Of a stretch of DNA of 64,000 nucleotides, positions 51,301-62,934 are shown one piece after another (within the stretch, counting starts at the first letter, position 1; each line of letters starts with the position of its first letter). The position numbers and the translations under genes are program-made. The notes beneath the pieces were generated by a model. It was given only the letters and a program-made list of their open reading frames with translations. It was not told the DNA's origin and ran no database searches. Source of the stretch: Mobula hypostoma (lineage: Eukaryota); assembly GCF_963921235.1 (NCBI RefSeq), contig NC_086098.1:240064001-240128000 (forward strand), given 5' to 3'.

Positions 51301-53690
51301 TGGGACAGAGAGTGAGATCTCACTGTGGCCGTCCAGTCACTGACGACATGGGACAGAGGGTGAGATCCTGTTGTGGCCGTCCAGTCACTGACGACATGGG
51401 ACAGAGGGTGAGATCCCGTTGTGGCCGTCCAGTCACCAACGATATGGGACAGAGGGTGAGATCTCACTGTGGCCGTCCAGTCACTGATGATATGGGACAG
51501 AGGGTGAGATCTCACTGTGGCCGTCCAGTCACCGACGATATGGGACAGAGAGTGAGATGTCACTGTGGCCGTCCAGTCACTGACGATATGGGACAGAGGG
51601 TGAGATCTCACTGTGGCCGTCCAGTCACCGACGACATGGGACAGAGGGTGAGATCTCACTGTGGCCGTCCAGTCACCGACGATATGGGACAGAGAGTGAG
51701 ATCTCACTGTGGCCGTCCAGTCACCGACGACATGGGACAGAGGGTGAGATCTCACTGTGGCCGTCCAGTCACCGACGATATGGGACAGAGAGTGAGATCT
51801 CACTGTGGCCGTCCAGTCACCGACGACATGGGACAGAGGGTGAGATCTCACTGTGGCCGTCCAGTCACTGACGATATGGGACAGAGGGTGAGATCCCGTT
51901 GTGGCCGTCCAGTCACTGACGATATGGGACAGAGGGTGAGATCCCGTTGTGGCCGTCCAGTCACTGACGATATGGGACAGAGGGTGAGATCCCGTTGTGG
52001 CCGTCCAGTCACTGACGACATCGGACAGAGGGTGAGATCCCGTTTCGGCCGTCCAGTCACCAACGATATGGGACAGAGTGTGAGATCTCACTGTGGCCGT
52101 CCAGTCACTGACGATATGGGACAGAGGGTGAGATCCCGTTGTGGCCGTCCAGTCACCGACGATATGGGACAGAGGGTGAGATCTCACTGTGGCCGTCCAG
52201 TCACCGATGATATGGGACGGAGGGTGAGATCTCACTGTGGCCGTCTAGTCACCGACGATATGGGACGGAGGGTGAGATCTCACTGTGGTCGTCCAGTCAC
52301 TGGTGATATGGGACGGAGGGTGAGATCTCACTGTGGCCGTCCAGTCACTGACGATATGGGACAGAGGGTGAGATCCCGTTGTGGCCGTCCAGTCACCGAC
52401 GATATGGGGCAGAGGGTGAGATCTCACTGTGGCCGTCCAGTCACCGATGATATGGGACGGAGGGTGAGATCTCACTGTGGCCGTCTAGTCACCGACGATA
52501 TGGGACGGAGGGTGAGATCTCACTGTGGTCGTCCAGTCACTGGTGATATGGGACGGAGGGTGAGATCTCACTGTGGCCGTCCAGTCACTGACGATATGGG
52601 ATAGAGTGTGAGATCTCACTGTGGCCGTCCAGTCACTGACGATATGGGACAGAGAGTGAGATGTCACTGTGGCCGTCCAGTCACCGACGATATGGGACAG
52701 AGGGTGAGATCCCGTTGTGGCCGTCCAGTCACTGACGACATGGGACAGAGGGTGAGATCTCACTGTGGCCGTCCAGTCACTGACGATATGGGACAGAGGG
52801 TGAGATCCCGTTGTGGCCGTCCAGTCACCGACGACATGGGATGGAGGGTGAGATCTCACTGTGGCCGTTCAGCCACTGGTGATATGGGACGGAGGGTGAG
52901 ATCTCACTGTGGCCGTCCAGTCACCGATGCTATGGGACGGAGGGTGAGATCTCACTGTGGCCGTCTAGTCACCGACGATATGGGACAGAGTGTGAGATCT
53001 CACTGTGGCCGTCCAGTCACCGACGATATGGGACGGAGGGTGAGATCGCACTGTGGCCGTCCAGTCACCGACGACATGGGACGGAGGGTGAGATCTCACT
53101 GTGGCCGTCCAGTCACCGACGACATGGGACAGAGGGTGGGATCCCATTGTGGCTGTCCAGTCACCGACGATATGGGACAGAGGGTGAGATCTCACTGTGG
53201 CCGTCCAGTCACCGACGAAATGGGACAGAGGGTGAGATCTCACTGTGGCCGTCCAGTCACTGACGATATGGGACGGAGGGTGAGATCTCACTGTGGCCGT
53301 TCTGTCACCGACGATATGGGACAGAGGGTGAGATCTCACTGTGGCCGTCCAGTCACCGACGACATGGGATAGAGGGTGAGATCTCACTGTGGCCGTCCAG
53401 TCACCGACGATATGGGACGGAGGGTGGGATCCCATTGTGGCCGTCCAGTCACCGACGATATGGGACAGAGGGTGAGATCTCACTGTGGCCGTCCAGTCAC
53501 CGACGATATGGGACGGAGGGTGAGATCTCACTGTGGCCGTCCAGTCACCGACGATATGGGATAGAGGGTGAGATCTCACTGTGGCCGTCCAGTCACCGAC
53601 GATATGGGACGGAGGATGAGATCTCACTGTGGCCGTCCAGTCACCAACGATATGGGACAGAGGGTGAGATCTCACTGTGGCCGTTCTGAC
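48380..53690. repeat. 48-bp minisatellite, ~5.3 kb (~110 units), TRIM intron 1
   Basis: Unit GATATGGGACAGAGGGTGAGATCTCACTGTGGCCGTCCAGTCACTGAC. 16-aa periodic ORFs on both strands. Confidence 0.97.
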
Positions 53691-54075
53691 ACAGGTGAGG
53701 AAGCAGGCAGCGCGAGGGAGCGCCCACGTGACGCGGGTACGGCGGGAAGCGCGAGGGACTACACGCGGGGTGGGACGGGAAGCGCGAGGGAATGCCCACG
53801 TGACGCGGGTGGGGGACAGGGAGCGCGATGCAGCTTCCCACGCGATACGGAAGGCTCACTGCCCGGGAGGGCGGTAAGCGTGAAGGAGCGCCAAACCAGA
53901 AACACAAGAGGTTCTGTAAACCCAGAGCGACACACACAGAATGCTAGAGGAACTCAGCGAGTCCTGATGGAAAGTCTCGGCCCGAAACATCGAGTCTTTA
54001 TTTCTTTACTGAGTCGCCCGGCATTTTGTGAAGGGGTATCCACGTGAGGCGGACCGTGAAGGCGGGGCCGCTCAC

Positions 54076-54324
54076 CTCTCTACAGTGCGGACACGAGTAG
54101 GTGTTGTCCGGACCCCCGGCCGAGGCCTCGTCCTCGTCCTCGTCCTGTCCCGCCGCCAGCCTCTGCTGCCGCTCGCGGCTCTCCCACACGCGCACGATGC
54201 AGGCGCGGCAGAAGTTGTGGCCGCAGCCCAAGGTGACGGGCTCGCGGAAAAGCTCGAGGCAGATGGAGCAGGTCAGTTCCCGCTGGAGGGCGCTCGCTAC
54301 GGCGTAGCCGCTCTCCGCCGTCAT
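54076..54324 (-). CDS. TRIM (RING-Bbox-CC-PRY/SPRY) gene, coding exon 1: start codon and C3HC4 RING
   Basis: ATG at 54324 (context GGCAAG-ATG). MTAESG...[26 protein letters not shown]...YSCPHCRE, 83 codons. Donor GAG|GTGAGC at 54076/54075, phase 0. CpG-rich. Confidence 0.93.
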
Positions 54325-54620
54325 CTTGCCGACGGGGCCGCGCTGCGTATGTCTGGCTTGCGGGCAGGAATCCTGGGTAGGTGCAATCTCGGTGGCGCAT
54401 GCGTTATGATCGCCCGATTTGGCCAACGGCAGGTAATAGAGGGCTTGCACTGACGTCATACGCTTGCGTGGGGGCGTGGTTAGCGCCATCTTTGACATGT
54501 GGTTTTCCCATGATGGGCCAAATAAATTGTAAACAAGGATTAATTATCTTTAATTTTCTAGTTTCAAACAATTTTAATAAATTCACCCATGAAATCTATT
54601 TATTAGAAAAGTGAAAAAAA
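54325..54620 (-). promoter_or_regulatory. CpG-rich TATA-less promoter/5' UTR of the TRIM gene
   Basis: NRF1-like GCGCATGCG 54395-54403, CRE palindrome TGACGTCA 54451-54458, GC box GGGGGCGTGG 54470-54479, YY1-like CGCCATCTTT 54484-54493, IRF-E-like GAAAAGTGAAA 54606-54616. CpG-dense from ~53690 to ~54490. Confidence 0.7.
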
Positions 54621-55382
54621 AAGAACGGGCCATCCTGGTCAGCATGAGAATTCAAAACAATCTTGTCTTCTCCAGTACCTGGTTTCAACTTGTTTTCTCT
54701 AGTCTTTCTGGAAATCTGCAGCTCTTTTGAATATATTGAGCGACTTGGTATTGGTTTATTACTTGATATGGTAACAGCCAGTATGCTTCCAGGACAGTTA
54801 CCTGGAGAGTAGTCATACAGCCCCACCTGCCCTGATTGAGGAGTCCAGGCCTGAAACATTAATGTTTTTTCTTCCCCTCCATAGATGCTGCCTGACCTGC
54901 TGAGTTCCTCCAGCATCTTGTGTGTGTTACTTTGGATTTTCAGCATCTGCCGAATCTCTTCTGTCTGTATCCCCAGCTTCCATTTCTTACCCTAAAGTCC
55001 TCTAAATTGGTTATCGCAACAGCTTCTCTAATTCTCAACTAAAACCACTTGTTGTTTATTGTTTCCATCCAGACAGATCATTCCATACATAAGAACATGG
55101 AGGCAGTAAGAATAAAGTCCTGTCAGATGGCTAGCAGGTGGCAAGGGTGGGCTCCCTGACCTCTGCCCTGCAACGCAGGAGCCCCTCAGGGCTGTGTCCT
55201 AAGCCCCTCCTTCACTCTCTGTATACCCATGACTGTGTTGCCATCCGCAGCTCCAATCTGCTCCAATTAAATTTGCTGACGACATTACACTGATTGACCT
55301 AACCTCCAATAATAATGAGGCACCCTGGAGAAGAAGTCATCACCCTGACACATTGGTGTGAAAAAAACAACCTCTCCCTCAA

Positions 55383-57074
55383 TGTCATGGTCGAGATCGG
55401 GGTCCCTTTAAATCTAGCTTGTTTATGTTACGATCCGGACCGTTGATTCCCTGTTTTCCTGTATCCCTCGACTTCGGTGATTAGAGGCAATTAACACTCG
55501 GCTGAACCGGTAGATTATAGTCTCCGGCTTTCAGCTGTTCGGTGCGGGAGCATCTGCAAAGTCATCCAAGGTACGGTGTGCCGATGTCATCTGGCCGGAG
55601 CAAGCCTAGTCTCTGCCGAAGCGAGTGCCGGGAATTCGCCTCTCCGCACCGGAGCAACCCAGTCCAGTTCCCTCGCCGAAGCGAGCCTGCAAAGTTTCCT
55701 CACTGAAGTGGGTCCGTCAGTTAACCCGCTGGAGGGAATCAAGAACCACTGTCTACTGTTCCCAGGCCGAGTCGAGAGCTCGCCCCTACCCGGAGGCTCC
55801 AAGTCAAGTCCTGGCTCCGGCGGCATTCAAGCACCAAGTCGAGTCCTGGCCCTGGCAGTATTCAAGCACCAAGTCGAGTCCTGGTCCTGGCGGCATTCAA
55901 GCATCAAGTCGAGTCCTGGTCCTGGTGGCATTCAAGTACCAAGTCGAGTCCTGGCCTGCCAGCATTCAAGCACCAAGTCGAGTCCTGGCCCTGGTGGCAT
56001 TCAAGTACCAAGTCGAGTCCTGGCCCTGGTGGCATTCAAGTACCAAGTCGAGTCCTGGCCCTGGCGGCATTCAAGCACCAAGTCGAGTCCTGGTCCTGGT
56101 GGCATTCAAGTACCAAGTCGAGTCCTGGCCTGGCAGCATTCAAGCACCAAGTCGAGTCCTGGCCTGGCGGCGTTCAAGCACCAAGTCAAGTCCTGTCCCT
56201 AGCAGCATTCAAGCACCAAGTCAAGTCCTGTCCCTGGCGGCTTCCCAGTTCTGAGTCAAGTCCTGGCCCTGGTGGTCTGTGATTCCTGTCCTACCCCCTT
56301 GTCTGAATCCCTTCTCTGCCCCTCTTGCCTCTAGCCCTCGTCTGCAGCCCCTGCCTGCACTTCGGTCTAGTTCGATCGCCGGAGCTAGTTAGTTACTGTC
56401 TGGTGTTCATTCGTGTTGGTCTTGTCTTGTCTTGTCCTCGCCTCCGTGGGGTAAGTCAGGCTGTCTTGCCGTTGCCCCGCGTGGGGGGTCACGTCTTGTC
56501 TGGTCCTCGCCTCCATGGGGTAAGTCTGGCCGTCTTGCTGTTGCCCCGCGGAGAGTCATGTCTTGTCTCGTCCTCGCCTCCGTCGGGTAAGACAGGCTGT
56601 CTTGCCGTTGCCCCGCAGAGGGTCATGAGTCCTGGCCCTACGTCCTGTACCCAAGGAGGGGTTCCGGCTCTCTGTTCTGTGTATGTGTCCATGGTTCCAT
56701 GTACCTGCTCTCCCGAGACCGAGGCTTTGTGTTCCCATGTTCCTCCTCTCCCTAGCCCATGTCATGTCCATGCCTGGTTCTGGGGTCCGAGCCCGAGGCA
56801 AGACCCAGGTACTGGGTCCTTGCCCAGTCTCTGGCTCGGAGTCCATACCTTAGCCTCTTCATGTCTCCTCTAGTTCTGGGAGCCGATTCCGAGTCCTAGC
56901 CCAAACCCTTGGTCCCAGCCTAGTCGTAGTCCTCAGTCCTTGTCCAGTTCGCTATTCCTACTCCTGCCTTGCTCTCCTGGTTTCAAACAATAAACTAAAT
57001 TTAATTAACCTCACAAGATGTGTCTTGCATTTGGGTCCACCCTTGCTCCCTATGCCCCCCCCCCCATTGTGACA
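55383..57074 (+). mobile_element. Solo LTR (1692 bp; Gypsy- or BEL-type) inserted in a Rex1/Babar RT fragment
   Basis: TGTCA...TGACA termini. 5-bp TSD CTCAA 55378-55382 and 57075-57079. AATAAA 56989-56994. Host reads NLSLN|VAKTKELVVDYR across the insertion. Confidence 0.85.
55795..56275. repeat. 34-35-bp tandem repeat (~12-13 units) inside the solo LTR
   Basis: GGCATTCAAGCACCAAGTCGAGTCCTGGCCCTGGT. ATTCAAG recurs at 55825, 55860, 55895, 55930 and onward. Confidence 0.9.
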
Positions 57075-58489
57075 CTCAATGTCGCAAAAACAAAGGAGCT
57101 GGTTGTGGACTACAGGAGGAATGGAGACAGGCTATCCTCTACTGACATCAATGGATCTGGGACTGAGAGGGTGAATAGCTTCTTCCACCAGGCCATCAGA
57201 CTGATTAATTCACGCTGGTACAGTTGTATTTCTATGTTATATTGACTGTCCTGTTGTGCATACTATTTATTATAAATTACTATAAATTGCACATTTAGAT
57301 GGTGTTCCACAAAAACTGATACCCAAATAAGTAAAACCGTAACAAGTGGATGCTGCAACTATTTGGTTTCGCTTGAACAAATGGATCCAGACTTGTTAGT
57401 TCCTCCGAGACTCACTTTATTGTTAATACAGAGAAGAAAAAAATAGAAAGTTGTGAGAAATGCTTTATATTGTACACTACCTACACCACTAATAGGTAGG
57501 GCTAACTTAAACAACACCTAGTAGTCTACACCGCCGAGTATACTTAGCAACGTCTGCCTGGTCCCTGAGGCAGGCGACCGACCGTGGACTGGCTAGGGTG
57601 AAGGTCCTTGGCGCCTGTTCAGCTGCTCGGCCCGAAGCTGGGATCCAGGCAAGTGGTCTGCCCAAGAAAGAACTTGCCCACCTTTATAGCACTATCGCCA
57701 CCTCCCAGTCCAGCTGGAAGGGGCCAAGCATCCAGTCCGATGCTTACACGACTCTTAACCTCTGGGTCAGGAGACCTTCAACAATCGGCCTCTGCCTCCT
57801 CAGAGACAATGCGTTCTATTAATCTTACAACCTCACAATGAGAAAAAAACATTCCTTAGAGATAAGGTGATTAATTACCTTTACACAAAACAGCACTTTT
57901 AGTTTTTCAGGCCATGTTAACAGGTAGACTGAAGTCACATTGTTGTCCCCTTATCTAGTATCTTCAAAACAAGACAGACCCATGTTAACCATTTCCTTGC
58001 TGTATCCATTTTTCAGACCCACACATCTCACCCATACACTTACCTATACAGATGAAGACGTAACAAAAAATGTTTACTCCTCGTGTATATGAAGCATGTA
58101 AGTAATAAAGTCAGTTGAATTCAGTTCAGTGCAAGGGCCACAGTGATCATGAGTTCACCTTTAGCGTACGAAAGCTCCATTCAAAAACATGATAACAATA
58201 GAAGCTATCCCTCAGCCTGGTGGTTACTGTTCTTAAGTTTTTCTGTCTTCTTCCTGATGGGAAGGGTGTGACCAGGACAGTGGCGGCCCTTGATTACGTT
58301 GTCTGCTTTCCTGAGGCAGCTTCCTCTGCCCTGCGTAGTAGAGTCTGAGTGTTGCCAGCGTTTTTAGTTTTTATTTTAGTGAGCTTCTTTTCTTCCTCTC
58401 CATTCTTCCTCCATAAAAATCCAATTTATTTCTAAAGAAGTGAATGTACTTCGAATTTTAATTAGAATCAGATTTATCACTTACTTTGA

Positions 58490-58985
58490 TACACTGAAAG
58501 AGTGCAGAGAAAATTTACAAGAATGTTGCCAGGACTTGATTTATAGGGAAGGGTTGAATAGGTTAAGACTTTATTCCGTAGAACGTTGAAGACACTGGGG
58601 AGATTTGATAGAGATATACAAAATTGTGAGGGGTGTAAATAGGGTAAATACAAGCATTCTTTTTCCACTGAGGTTGGATGGGACTACAACTAGATTTAGT
58701 CAAGGGTGAAAGGTGCAATTTTTAAGGGGATTATGAGGGGGAACTTCTTCACTCAGAGGGTGGTGAGAGTGTGGACTGAGCTGCCAGCACAAATGATGAA
58801 TGCAAGGTAGAATTCAACATTTAAGAATTAATTTAAGAATAAATATTAAGATTAATAGCTGCATTTAAGGGAGGGGAATGGGCTATGGTTCGGTTGCAGG
58901 TCAATGGGACTAGGCGCGTCAATGGTTCAGTACAGACTAGATGGGTTGAAGGGCCTGTTTCTGTGCTATAGGGTTCTGTGACTAT
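58490..58985 (+). mobile_element. CR1 LINE 3' fragment
   Basis: RVQRKFTRMLPGL..., FFTQRVVRVWTELP and CR1 tail. Confidence 0.75.
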
Positions 58986-59867
58986 TACGCCATGAGGGAG
59001 CAGAGCTGAGCAAGGATGTGAAATTACCATAATGAATAGCGTGCAAGGAATAGTGAGGTGGTGTTCATGGACCGTGCAGAAACCTGGTGGTGGAGGTGAA
59101 GAACATTGTTCCTGAACTGTTGTGTGGGTCTCCAGGAATAGTGAGGTGGTGTTCATGGACCATGCAGAAACCTGGTGGTGAAGGGGCAAAGGCTGATCCT
59201 GAACTGTTGTGTGGGTCTTCAGGAATAGTGAGGGCATGTCCCAGATGGTGAGGTCCTCAGCAATAGATGACCATCTCTTGAAGACGTTCTCGATGATGGG
59301 GAAGGTTGTGATCGTCACAGAGCTACAACCCTCTGCAACCTTTTGCAATCTTGTGCATTGCAGGTTTCCATACTGGGCTGCAAAGCAACCACTCAGAATG
59401 CTCTCTAGTGTACATGTGGAGAAATTTCTGACAGTCTTTTTAGTCACACAGTAAATCTCCTCAAACTCCTAATGAAGTAAAACCACTGGCATCCCTCAAT
59501 CTTTGGTTTACTTCAAAGAATTCTCAAATTGTTTAACTATATTTGTATATATAAAGATTCATATTTGCAGATCTACTTATAAGAATTACTTATTTCCTGC
59601 TAACTTCTCTAATTTGCTTTGAATCATCAGAAATATTTAACCTTTAACCTAAAACTCGCACTCATCTACAGATGTACTGCATCACCCTCTGTTATGGGTG
59701 GGGGGATCTACTTCAGAGGTGCAGAGAGTTGTAAACGTAGTCAGCTCCATCATTGGCACTAGCCATGGTAGAATACAGAACATCTCCAAAGAGCGATGCC
59801 TCAAGGTGGTGGCATCTGCCATGAAAAACCCCCTCACCCAAGTCATGCCCTCTTCTCATTGCTACCA

Positions 59868-60473
59868 GCGCCTTTACTTCCTGAGGAAACTGAAGAAATT
59901 TGGCCTGTCCCCTAAAACCCTCACTAATTTTTATAGATGCACCGTAGAAAGCATTCTTCTAGGGTGCATCACAACCTGGTATGGAAATTGTCCTGTCCAA
60001 GAACGGAAGAAGCTGCAGAAGATCGTGAACACGGCGCAGCACATCACGCAAACCAATCTTCCGTCCTTGGACTCACTTTACACGACATACTGTCAGAGCA
60101 GTGCTGCCAGGATAATCAAGGACACGACCCACCCAGCCAACACACTTTTCGTCCCTCTTCCCTCCGGGAGAAGGCTCAGGAGCTTGAAGACTCGTACGAC
60201 CAGATTTGGGAACAGCTTCTTTCCAACTGTGATAAGACTGCTGAACGGATCCTGACCCGGATCTGGCCGTACCCTCCAAATATCCGGACCTGCCTCTCAG
60301 TTTTTTTGCACTACCTTGCTTTCCATTTTTCTATTTTCTATTTATGATTTATAATTTAAATTTTTACTATTTACTATCAATTTGTAATCCAGGGAGTGTG
60401 AAGCGCAGAATCAAATATCGCTGTGATGATTGTACGTTCTAGTATCAATTGTTTGGCGACAATAAAGTATAAG
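59868..60473 (+). mobile_element. Young Rex1/Babar-like 3' fragment nested in an older Rex-like element
   Basis: QRLYFLRKLKKF...FYRCTVESILLGCITTWYG...NSFFPTVIRLLN. AATAAAGTATAAG end. TACCA repeated at 59863-59867 and 60474-60478. Confidence 0.8.
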
Positions 60474-60625
60474 TACCATCGGGGGGAGGTACAGGAGCCT
60501 GAAGACACACACTCAACAATTCAGGAACAGCTTCTTCTCTGCCATTTGATTTCTGGATGGATATTGAACCAATGAACACCACCTCACTACTTTTTTAATT
60601 CTGTATTTACAATAACTATTATATA

Positions 60626-62229
60626 CAGTGCCTATAAAAAGTATCCCCCCCCCCCCCGGAAGTTTTCATGCTTTATTGTTTTACAACGTCAAATCACTGG
60701 ATTTAATTTGGCTTTTTTTGACACTGATCAACAGAAAAAGACTTTCATGGATTGTATCATGTCAAAATGAAAACCAATCTCTACAAAGTGACCTAAATTA
60801 ATTACAAAAATATAAAACACAAAATAATTGATTGCATAAGTATTTGCAATATGAGACACCATATCATCACTGGTGCAGCCAATTGGTTTTAGAAATCACA
60901 TAACTGGTTAAATGGAGATCACCTGTGTGCAGTCAGGGTGTTTCAATTGACTAGTAAAAATACACCTGTATCTGGAAGGTTCAACTGCTGGTCAGTCAGT
61001 ATCCTAGCAAAAACTACAACATGAAGAGAAAAGAACACTCCAAGCAATTCTGTGAAAAGATTATTGAAAAGCACAAGTCAGGAGATGGATACAAGAAAAT
61101 TTCCAAGTCACAGAATACCCTTTGGAGTACAGTTTAGTCAATCATCAAGAAATGGAAAGAATATTACACAGCTGTAAATCTGCCTAGAGCAGGCTGTCCT
61201 TAAAAAAATGAGTGACTGTACAAAAAAGGGACTAGTGAGGGAGGCCACCAGGAGACCTATGACAACTCTGGAGGAGTTAGAAGCTTCAGTGGCTGAGTTG
61301 GGAGAAACTGTACACACAACAACTGTTGCCCGGGTGCTTCACCAATCGCAGCTTTAAAGGGGAGAGGCAAAGAGATAGCCTCTGTGGGAAAAAATTCCCA
61401 TGAAATCTCATCTCGAATTTGCCAGAAGGCATGTGGGAGACCAAAGCCAGCTGAAATTGAGCTTTTTGGCCATCAGACTAAATGCTATGTCTGACACAAG
61501 CCAAACACCGCACATCATCAAAAGCACATCATCCCTACTGTGAAGCATAGTGGTAGCTGCATCATGCTGTAGGGATGCTTCACTGCAGCAGGCCCTGAAA
61601 GGCTTGTGAAGGTAGAGGGTAAAATGAATGCAGCAAAATACAGGGAGATCCTGGAGGAAAACGTGATGTAGTCTGCAAGAGAACTGTGCCTTGGGAAAAG
61701 ATTTGTTATCCAGCAAGACAATGACCCCAAACATAAAGCCAAAGCTACATAAGAATGGCTTAAAACAACAAAGTTAGTGTCCTGGAGTGGCCAAGTCAGA
61801 GTCCAAACTTTAATCCAATTGAGAATTTGTGGCTGGACATGCAAAGGGCTGTTCATTCACGATCCCCATGCAATCTGACAAAGCTTGAGCAGTTTTGTAA
61901 AGAAGAATGGGGAAAAATTGCAGTGTCCAGTTGTACAAAGCTGATAGAAACCTATCCACACAGACTCAAAGCTGTAATTGCTGCCAAAGGTGCATCTACT
62001 GAATACTGACTTGCAGGGGGTGAATACTTGTGCAATCAATTAATTTGTGTTTTATAGTTGTAATAAATTTAGACCAATTTGTAGAAATCTGTTTTCAGTT
62101 TGACACCAAATGGTCTTTTTCTGTTGATCGGTGTAAAAAAAAAGTAAAATTAAATCCTCTGTGATTCAATGTTGTAAAACAATAAAACATGAAAACTTCC
62201 AAGGGGGTGGATACTTTTTATAGGCACTG
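60626..62229 (+). mobile_element. Tc1-family DNA transposon (1604 bp, long IR/DR-type TIRs, pseudogenised DD34E transposase 61021-62009)
   Basis: TA|CAGTGCCTATAAAAAGTATCC...GGATACTTTTTATAGGCACTG. ~220-bp TIRs. MKRKEHSKQFCEKIIEKHKSGDGYKKISK, QQDNDPKH...WPSQSPNFNPIENLW, ...AKGASTEY*. Several stops and frameshifts. Confidence 0.95.
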
Positions 62230-62934
62230 TCTGTGTACTTACTGTAAATCATTTTCATTATGTTTTGCATTGTTCTGCTGCAAAGTCAATAAATTTCACA
62301 ACATTTGCCAGTGATATTAAACCTGATTCTGATTGTAATATATAATTATATATCTCCTTCATAAAAACATTCCCAATGTATAGTGTAAGGAAGCTTTGCT
62401 TGGGTGATTCTAAATAGAAAAAGAATAAAAATTGAAAATCAGCTCTTTCACAGTCAAGAGTATTCATCTGCACCCAATTTTGATCATCACCGTCCCTGAG
62501 CAATGTGGACTCAACACTACAGAAATAATTCAGCACTTCTGGAACCCACAGTCTGACAGATTAGTCATAGTCATAGTCATAGTCATAGTCATACTTTATT
62601 GATCCCGGGGGAAATTGGTTTTCGTTACAGTTGCACCATAAATAATAAATAGTAATAGAACCATAAATAGTTAAATAGTAATATGTAAATTATGCCAGTA
62701 AATTATGAAATAAGAAATAAGTCCAGGACCAGCCTATTGGCTCAAGGTGTCTGACCCTCCAAGGGAGGAGTTGTAAAGTTTGATGGCCACAGGCAGGAAT
62801 GACTTCCTATGACGCTCTGTGCTGCATCTCGGTGGAATACTGATTAAAGACAAATTAACATCTCAGGGTTGACTATTTAAAATAGAGAACAAGGCAAAAA
62901 GTCTTTCTCTTAGGAAGTTATAGAGTCACAATAC

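Noticed and set aside
48375-53675. 1286-aa and 430-494-aa ORFs
   Set aside because: Products of a 48-bp (16-codon) stop-poor tandem unit. Open on both strands and intronic, with no domain or splice support.
48500-53690. CRISPR-like array (palindromic repeats)
   Set aside because: Units are contiguous with no unique spacers, there are no cas genes, and the context is eukaryotic.
55576-56873. ~180-210-aa ORFs in the LTR
   Set aside because: They arise from internal tandem repeats and have no gag/pol/env motifs.
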